Below, in pieces: positions 58,099 to 64,000 of a stretch of 64,000 bases of DNA. The position numbers were made by a program, and so were the translations under genes. The DNA is from Actinomycetota bacterium (GTDB lineage: Bacteria; Actinomycetota; Aquicultoria; UBA3085; Oleimmundimicrobiaceae): assembly GCA_011046085.1 (NCBI GenBank), contig DSBK01000103.1:6084-70083 (forward strand), given 5' to 3'. The first letter of the stretch is position 1; each line of letters opens with the position of its first letter. The notes under the pieces were generated by a model. It did not search any database. It was not told where the DNA came from and saw only the letters and a program-made list of their open reading frames with translations.

Positions 58099-60378
58099 TT
58101 AATCAAGCGGTCGATTAAATAAATGGTGATTAGCGACAATTTTGAGTCTTTCGCTCAAATCACCCAGACTCACTGAGAGTAAATTATTTAAGAGGTGCAC
58201 ACCGGACGAGCGTTTAATAAGAATGGCCAGATTCGAAAGAAACCGTTTATACATATCTATCTCTTCTCCTAAAGAGATATGATCCATCTCAACAATTTCA
58301 ATTTTTCCATTGTTAATGCCCAAATTAAGATCATCGTTTAAAATATATTTCTTGACTTCGACTTCAATATTTTGCACCAGTTTACTTCCGCCTATTTTGG
58401 CATATTGCTTCAATAAAGAATTGGTTATGTTAACAAACGTCTCCCTTATCGCCCTTCTCTCTTCTTCTTTGTTCTTCAACAACTTCCAATAGAAATCTTC
58501 CTCGGAAAAAATTTTGATTTTTCCCCTCTCGAATGCCAAGAGGAACGCTTCGACCACATCGGGATCAAATTGGGTGCCGGAATTTTTTTTAACCTCTTCA
58601 ATAGCCTCGGTGGCCATCTTCGCCCTATGATATGGCCTGTTGGAAGTCATCGCTTCAAAACAATCGGCAACTGTAATGATCCTGGCTCCCAAAGGTATCT
58701 CTTCACCCGATAATCCTCCGGGGTAACCTAGGCCATCATAGCGCTCGTGGTGATGGCGAACAAGCGATATGATATCCCAAGGAAATTCAATCGGCACCAA
58801 TATGTTTGCTCCTATTAAGGGATGGGTTTGTATTATTAGCATCTCATCGAAGGTGAACTTGCCTGGTTTAAGAAGTATCTGCTCGCCTATGCCAATCTTC
58901 CCTATGTCATGCAATATTGCAGCTACTTTAATCTGTTCTCTTTCGGACTCGCTTAACCCCATTTCTTCCGCTATGGCAACCGCATACTCCGTAACTCTAT
59001 CGGCATGGCCCCTTGTGTAGGTGTCTTTCGCATCCACCGCTTCGGCCAAAGCTCTTATAACGCCAAAGAAATTATTCCTTATTTCCTGATAAAGTTTAGT
59101 ATTTTCAAGAGCTACCGCCGCCTCGTTGGCCATCGCGGTGAGAAGCTCGAGGTCATCATCATCAAACGTCTTGTCGCCAATCTTGTTGGTTATGTTTAAC
59201 ACACCGATTATTTTACTTCGCACCTTCAAAGGAACAACAATTGCATCTTTTGTGCCCTCTTTTGCTTGAATTGGTTGAAAACGAGGGTCATTTATCCCGT
59301 TGATAAGCAGAAGCGGCTCGCCCTTCTTGGCTACCCAACCAGAAATTCCGTCGCCGAGCTTCAATTTCGTGCTTTTTACAACTTCATCACTTAAGCCGTG
59401 AGCCGCCTTGATGGTCAACTCATCTTTTTTCTCATTTAGCATCATCAAAGAAGCTTTTTCTGCCCCTATGATTCCGGTGGCCGCATCCAGTATCGTTTCC
59501 AAAAGCTCTTTCTCGTTGAGAGAAGAGCCCAACGCTCTCCCCACGCTGGCTACGCAAGATTTTGCTTGGGACTGGGAGGTGCCAAGCTCGTTTATCAGCG
59601 ATGAAAATTTTCTGGTCATCTTATTGCAAGCTTCAAATAGCTCGCCGAACTCATCTTTGGATAAAATTTTTGCTCGTTTCTTAAAATCGCCCTTTTCTAC
59701 CTGCTGAGCGGTACACTTCAAAATCTCAATCGGGCGATACACAAATTTTGATAATACCACCCACTGCAGAAACAAACTAACCAAAATGACAACAAGCGCT
59801 AGCAAAAAACTTCTTAAGTAAATTGTGTCCACAACCTCAGCAAATTCGACAAGGTTGACATATATGTGAATTGCTCCCGACAACTCCCCCTCAACAAAAA
59901 ATGGCATCACAATCTCTTGAGCTCTTGTTCTTCTATCAAAAAACCCAAAACTTTCTACAACCTCGCCTTTTTCCGATTCCTCCCCGATGAAAACCCAAAT
60001 TTGTTCAATGATTTCCCTTTTTTCAATGGCGCTACGCAAGCATTCATCCTCATCTTTCTCTCCTTTCTCCTCGGCATCCAATGAAAAGAGTATGTTGGCC
60101 CCTTTATCAACCACATGAAAGCAAACAAAATCTTGATTTAAGGAATGCGCATAGGAAAATAGGTATTTTTCTTCAGGTAGAGATATGACCTCATCTTCTA
60201 AAAAATTCTCAACATGGTATTTAAGAGAATTTGCGATAATAAAATTTTTCTCTTTTGCCCACTCCAAACAACGGTTTTTTTGCCATTGGACTGAAAAATA
60301 AGTCATAGCTCCAACAAGCACAAAAATCAATAGTCCGCCGGCTACCCCAAGCTTCCAGCGCAACCTCATTTTAACCAT
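58099..60378 (-). CDS. HD-GYP c-di-GMP phosphodiesterase with N-terminal TM/periplasmic region, HAMP and GAF domains
   Basis: HD...HDIGKIGI...HHERYDGLGYP (HD-GYP); HAMP linker after TM2; GAF domain in the middle. Confidence 0.85.
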   Translation of the reverse strand: MVKMRLRWKLGVAGGLLIFVLVGAMTYFSVQWQKNRCLEWAKEKNFIIANSLKYHVENFLEDEVISLPEEKYLFSYAHSLNQDFVCFHVVDKGANILFSLDAEEKGEKDEDECLRSAIEKREIIEQIWVFIGEESEKGEVVESFGFFDRRTRAQEIVMPFFVEGELSGAIHIYVNLVEFAEVVDTIYLRSFLLALVVILVSLFLQWVVLSKFVYRPIEILKCTAQQVEKGDFKKRAKILSKDEFGELFEACNKMTRKFSSLINELGTSQSQAKSCVASVGRALGSSLNEKELLETILDAATGIIGAEKASLMMLNEKKDELTIKAAHGLSDEVVKSTKLKLGDGISGWVAKKGEPLLLINGINDPRFQPIQAKEGTKDAIVVPLKVRSKIIGVLNITNKIGDKTFDDDDLELLTAMANEAAVALENTKLYQEIRNNFFGVIRALAEAVDAKDTYTRGHADRVTEYAVAIAEEMGLSESEREQIKVAAILHDIGKIGIGEQILLKPGKFTFDEMLIIQTHPLIGANILVPIEFPWDIISLVRHHHERYDGLGYPGGLSGEEIPLGARIITVADCFEAMTSNRPYHRAKMATEAIEEVKKNSGTQFDPDVVEAFLLAFERGKIKIFSEEDFYWKLLKNKEEERRAIRETFVNITNSLLKQYAKIGGSKLVQNIEVEVKKYILNDDLNLGINNGKIEIVEMDHISLGEEIDMYKRFLSNLAILIKRSSGVHLLNNLLSVSLGDLSERLKIVANHHLFNRPLD

Positions 60379-60429
60379 GCTTACCCCTTGTTATTTTATG
60401 TTTCAGTTAATTTATCGGCACTTTCTCAA

Positions 60430-60466
60430 AAAAAATAACCCCCGACCATCTAGGCCGGGGGTCTTA
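60430..60466 (-). terminator. Rho-independent terminator hairpin (copy A), 50 nt upstream of the HD-GYP start
   Basis: Minus strand: ACCCCCGGCC-uagaug-GUCGGGGGU followed by UAUUUUUUUU; a 30 nt identical copy occurs at 60806-60842. Confidence 0.6.
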
Positions 60467-60805
60467 ACTTCCGTAACGCAGCACCCTTCTTCATAAAATC
60501 AGCTACAGTTGCCTTTAGTTATAGAGATTAATATCATCCACAAAATGGGGTTTTTTCTTTACTTTGCTTGTTTTAAAAATGCCATATCATTTTTAGGTTT
60601 AAAATAGGTTTACGAGGATTAGCGCCGAAGCTGTTTGAGCCCCGATTTGTCGGGACGAGTTCTGCAGGCGCCCGAGTAAACCGTACATTTTAAGCCGTTA
60701 AGAAAATGATCAGGCTACTTTTCTTTTGGTTACTTTTCTTAGGTGAGTAAGAAAAGTAACAATTAAAATTAGTTTTAATTATTACAAAAAATTTTTTGGG
60801 CAAAA

Positions 60806-60842
60806 TAATAACCCCCGACCATCTAGGCCGGGGGTTATACAA
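60806..60842 (-). terminator. Rho-independent terminator of the por operon (copy B of the same hairpin)
   Basis: Same hairpin followed by UAUUAUUUU, immediately 3' of the porB stop. Confidence 0.65.
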
Positions 60843-60867
60843 TCCAAACAACAAAACAGAGGGAGAT

Positions 60868-61788
60868 TTAACCCTCTCCGCAGAGTTTAAGAAGTTTTCC
60901 CCAGTCTCTATCGACCTTCTCTTGCAGCTCCTTGACGATATGTTCGTTCTCGGGCTTGAAGAGATGCTTAAATCTTCCTTGAAGTTTGAGCCATTCAGCC
61001 AAGGGTTTCTTTTCCCTCGGCTTATAAGTCAACTTCCACTCACCATCTTCAACCTCGTATAATGGCCAGAAGCAGGTTTCAACCGCAAGCCGTGCCATCT
61101 CAAGAGTTGCGTCGGAAGCGTGACGCCATCCGCGGGGACAAGGCGCAATCACATTTAAAAACGCCGCTCCCTTAAGATCGAATGCTTTCTTCGATTTTTT
61201 GAGCAAGTCTTTCCAAGAGGAAGGAGACGCTTGGGCTACATAAGGAATATCGTGTGCGGCGATGCAGGCGGTTAAATTCTTACGGTTTTGCTTCTTACCC
61301 GGCTCCGCCTTGCCCACTGCGGAAGTGGTAGTCCACGCGCCTCTCGGGGTAGAGCTTGAGCGCTGAATGCCAGTATTCATATAAGCCTCGTTGTCATAGC
61401 AAACATAAACCATATCATGGCCACGCTCCATCGCTCCCGAAAGAGACTGAAAGCCGATATCGTAGGTTCCTCCGTCGCCACCAAAAGCCACAAATTTAAT
61501 CTCCTTATCCAGTTTCCCTTGACGTTTCAAGGATTGGTAGGCAGCCTCCACTCCACTAATTGTCGCGGCGACATTTTCAAAAGCCGTGTGGATGTAAGGC
61601 GTATTCCAAGCGGTGGAGGGATATATCGTGGTCGATACCTCAAGACATCCGGTAGAGCAACCAACGACCACGGGTTTATCGGTCCCCATAAGAATCTGCC
61701 TTACCACAGTTCCCGCTCCACAACCAGCGCAGAGCCGATGGCCAGAGGTGAGTCTTTCTTTTCTCGTCGTCAACTCCTTTAATTTCAT
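60868..61788 (-). CDS. porB: 2-oxoacid (pyruvate):ferredoxin oxidoreductase beta subunit (TPP-binding)
   Basis: GDGGTYDIG TPP motif; 306 aa. Confidence 0.85.
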   Translation of the reverse strand: MKLKELTTRKERLTSGHRLCAGCGAGTVVRQILMGTDKPVVVGCSTGCLEVSTTIYPSTAWNTPYIHTAFENVAATISGVEAAYQSLKRQGKLDKEIKFVAFGGDGGTYDIGFQSLSGAMERGHDMVYVCYDNEAYMNTGIQRSSSTPRGAWTTTSAVGKAEPGKKQNRKNLTACIAAHDIPYVAQASPSSWKDLLKKSKKAFDLKGAAFLNVIAPCPRGWRHASDATLEMARLAVETCFWPLYEVEDGEWKLTYKPREKKPLAEWLKLQGRFKHLFKPENEHIVKELQEKVDRDWGKLLKLCGEG

Positions 61789-62996
61789 GCCAACACCTCC
61801 ACTTCTTTTAACCCAAGATAATCCATGGTCTTCTTGGCCTTACCAGTCTTTGCAACATCCATCAACGTCTCAAACGCCTTACTTGCCTCATGTAAAGTGT
61901 AATCTCTGCCACCTAAACCATAGATAAAGTTGATCAACCGCGGCCTCTTCTCCAAATCAAATAAAGCGGATTTAATCTCCCCAAACAGAGGACCGGTAAA
62001 TCCAGGTGAAATTGCCCTGTCAAGAACAGCTACCGCTTTCAAATGCTTCAAGGCCTCAGCAAGCTCTTTGGCGGGGAAGGGTCTGAATGCCCTGAGTTTA
62101 AGCAATCCCACAGGAAGCCCTTTAGCTCGAAGCTCGTCTACCACATACTTTGTAGTTCCCGCAGAAGAGTTTAAAGTAACAATGGCCACCTCTGCATCAT
62201 CAAGCATATACTCTTCGAAGAAACCGTATTTTCTTCCGGAAATCTTGGCAAACTCATCGGCTACCTCTAAAATGACCTCCCGGGACCTTTCCATCGCATC
62301 TGCTTGATTCTTTTTATGCTCCATAAAAAAACCGCCGAGACCGTCAAACGGCCCGTAAGTTACGGGGTTATTGACATCTAAGAGCGGCAGAAGAGGTTCA
62401 CGCTCACCCACAAAATTCTTAACCTTCTCATCCTCAAGAAATTCTACTTTCTCGATCCCGTGGCTGATGATAAACCCGTCCAAATTCACCATTACCGGAA
62501 GCATAACTCTCTTATCTTCGGCGATGCGAATTGCTTGAAGGGTATTATCGTATGCTTCTTGAGCGTTTTCAGAGTAAATCTGTATCCAGCCTGCATCTCT
62601 TGCTCCCATGCTGTCGCTATGATCACAGTGAATGTTAATGGGAGCGCTTAAAGCTCTATTAACGTTGGGCATAACAATTGGAAGACGCATACCAGAGGCA
62701 ATGTAAAGCATTTCATGCATCAAGGCGAGGCCTTGTGAAGATGTTGCCGTCATAACACGAGCCCCCGCGGCAGAAGATCCGATGCAAGCGCTCATCGAGG
62801 AATGCTCGCTCTCCACCGTAACATACTCGGCATTAACTATGCCGTTGGCAACAAACTGAGAAAAGTTTTCCATAATCGCCGTTTGAGGGGTTATGGGATA
62901 AGCGACCACGACATCGGGATTTATTTGTCTCATCGCTTCCGCCACAGTGCTGGCGCCTGTTGTAGCCACAATCCTTTTTTTGCTCATATCTTTCAC
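61785..62996 (-). CDS. porA: 2-oxoacid:ferredoxin oxidoreductase alpha subunit
   Basis: 403 aa with typical PorA N-terminus; overlaps porB by 4 nt. Confidence 0.85.
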   Translation of the reverse strand: MKDMSKKRIVATTGASTVAEAMRQINPDVVVAYPITPQTAIMENFSQFVANGIVNAEYVTVESEHSSMSACIGSSAAGARVMTATSSQGLALMHEMLYIASGMRLPIVMPNVNRALSAPINIHCDHSDSMGARDAGWIQIYSENAQEAYDNTLQAIRIAEDKRVMLPVMVNLDGFIISHGIEKVEFLEDEKVKNFVGEREPLLPLLDVNNPVTYGPFDGLGGFFMEHKKNQADAMERSREVILEVADEFAKISGRKYGFFEEYMLDDAEVAIVTLNSSAGTTKYVVDELRAKGLPVGLLKLRAFRPFPAKELAEALKHLKAVAVLDRAISPGFTGPLFGEIKSALFDLEKRPRLINFIYGLGGRDYTLHEASKAFETLMDVAKTGKAKKTMDYLGLKEVEVLA

Positions 62997-63272
62997 CTAC
63001 CCTTCCGCCATCTCAATTACATTAAAGGGACACTCTTTGGCACAGATGCCGCAGCCTTTGCAATAATCCATATCTATGCCCCTAACCTTACCGTCTTTAA
63101 CCAAAACAGCGCCCTCGGGACACGATATCCAGCAAATCAAACACTGCTTGCACTTTTCTTCGTCCCACTTTGGAGTGCTTGAACGCCATCCACCAGTCTT
63201 GTATTCTCTCGCCGTACCGCCTTTGGGAATGATCCCCCCCGGCAAAAGCTTATCTGCTCTCCAATCTTTCAT
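62997..63272 (-). CDS. porD: 2-oxoacid:ferredoxin oxidoreductase delta subunit (2x[4Fe-4S] ferredoxin)
   Basis: CKQCLICWISCP and CKGCGICAKECP. Confidence 0.85.
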   Translation of the reverse strand: MKDWRADKLLPGGIIPKGGTAREYKTGGWRSSTPKWDEEKCKQCLICWISCPEGAVLVKDGKVRGIDMDYCKGCGICAKECPFNVIEMAEG

Positions 63273-63840
63273 TCACCGTCACCTCTTCATAAGCGCGCTC
63301 AATCGCTTTCAAATTTCCTTCTAATACCTGCGGGCTAAATTTTTTGCTAAAGGATGCCGCGAAATGATCAATCACATCATCTAGCGCAATCAGCCCTGTG
63401 GCCTTGACAAGAGCTCCTATCATGGGAGTATTTGGAATCGGCTTACCCAATGTATCCATAGCTATTGAGGTTGCATTTACAGTATAAACCTTTCCGTTTT
63501 TTACACCCAACCTTTTCTTCACATCACTTGGATCGTCTGCGGTATTTACCAAAATAATACCGTCTTTTGCTAAACCTTTGGCAACGTCGACAACGTCCAG
63601 CAAGGTCTCATCCAAAACTACTACTATGTTTGGGTTTTCTACAGGACAATAAATACTAATCGGGGTGGATGCTATTCTTGTAAAGGCTTGAATGGGAGCT
63701 CCCATTCTTTCGGGGCCATACTCTGGAAAGGCCTGAATATCTTTCCCGCTGGCCAGCGCGGTCTCCGCCAAAAACTTAGCGGCCGTAACCGCTCCTTGGC
63801 CGCCACGTGCATGCCAGCGAATTTCAGTGCATTCCTCCAT
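63250..63840 (-). CDS. porG: 2-oxoacid:ferredoxin oxidoreductase gamma subunit (start re-assigned to the internal ATG)
   Basis: The MEECTEIRWHARGGQGAVTAAKF N-terminus is typical of the gamma subunit; a GAGGTG RBS lies 6 nt upstream of the ATG at 63840; the track's longer start at 63921 adds 27 atypical residues. Confidence 0.75.
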   Translation of the reverse strand: MEECTEIRWHARGGQGAVTAAKFLAETALASGKDIQAFPEYGPERMGAPIQAFTRIASTPISIYCPVENPNIVVVLDETLLDVVDVAKGLAKDGIILVNTADDPSDVKKRLGVKNGKVYTVNATSIAMDTLGKPIPNTPMIGALVKATGLIALDDVIDHFAASFSKKFSPQVLEGNLKAIERAYEEVTVNERLESR

Positions 63841-63890
63841 CTCTTCACCTCTTTCCTTTTTTTTAAAGACAGCAATGAAATATACCTCAA

Positions 63891-63927
63891 ATAAAATAGA
63901 AAAACCGCTAATTTTCGACAAGCGGTT
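63891..63927 (-). terminator. Rho-independent terminator of an upstream minus-strand gene lying beyond the window end
   Basis: Minus strand: AACCGCU-uugucgaaaauu-AGCGGUU followed by UUUCUAUUUUAUUU. Confidence 0.5.
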
Positions 63928-64000
63928 GATTTACAATGGTTAACGGTCAATTTCTAGCCCGTTCGGTTCTCACATTTCCCTTCTCCCCTCCAGCGCTTTC

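Noticed and set aside
60600-60720. Specific assignment of the intergenic structured region to a c-di-GMP-I riboswitch
   Set aside because: Only loose resemblance (GGGACG...GCGCC...UAAACC) on the plus strand, which has no downstream plus-strand gene; kept only as a hypothesis within a broader finding.
63841-63921. Longer porG start at 63921 (MSKISGFSILFEVYFIAVFKKKERGEE)
   Set aside because: The extension is hydrophobic and atypical for PorG; a strong RBS precedes the internal ATG at 63840, which gives the conserved N-terminus.

Overview
This window appears to come from a moderate-GC strictly anaerobic bacterium, possibly an acetogen or a sulfate/sulfur reducer. Its core is a 32 kb, single-strand supercluster of Wood-Ljungdahl pathway genes, all on the minus strand, spanning roughly 15410-47748. 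In transcription order the genes are: fhs, a RACo-like corrinoid activator, a cooC/acsF paralog, folD, acsD, a NuoE-NuoF-(NuoF C-terminal module)-NuoG/FdhA-like module whose large subunit lacks the Mo-ligating Sec/Cys, cooS/acsA, acsB, acsC, two HdrA paralogs, mvhD, metV, metF, hdrC, hdrB, a short MetE-like methyltransferase, cooC, a NuoE-like protein, acsE, a NuoF-like protein, a CBS protein, and a selenocysteine-containing formate dehydrogenase (fdhA). The fdhA gene carries an in-frame TGA with a SECIS-like hairpin immediately downstream; the supplied ORF track split this gene into two ORFs. A fragment of selA lies at the window start. The supercluster is punctuated at operon joints by a family of about six related intergenic repeat elements. 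Flanking genes include Lon, an archaeal-type PEP carboxylase, a CapA-like protein, an auto-inhibited class II Fic protein in an AT-rich islet, a LytTR two-component system, a split ChrA pair, asd-lysC, a 4-subunit 2-oxoacid:ferredoxin oxidoreductase (porGDAB), and an HD-GYP phosphodiesterase. The most unusual items are: (i) a sensory [FeFe]-hydrogenase-like domain fused to a GGDEF diguanylate cyclase, suggesting a possible H2/redox to c-di-GMP signalling link; (ii) a zinc-ribbon-Hfq fusion protein; (iii) the repeat family; (iv) the NuoEFG-like module with a catalytically dead FdhA paralog upstream of CODH/ACS; and (v) a structured roughly 340 nt intergenic region bracketed by two identical terminator hairpins upstream of the HD-GYP gene. 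No rRNA, tRNA, CRISPR array or transposase was recognised.
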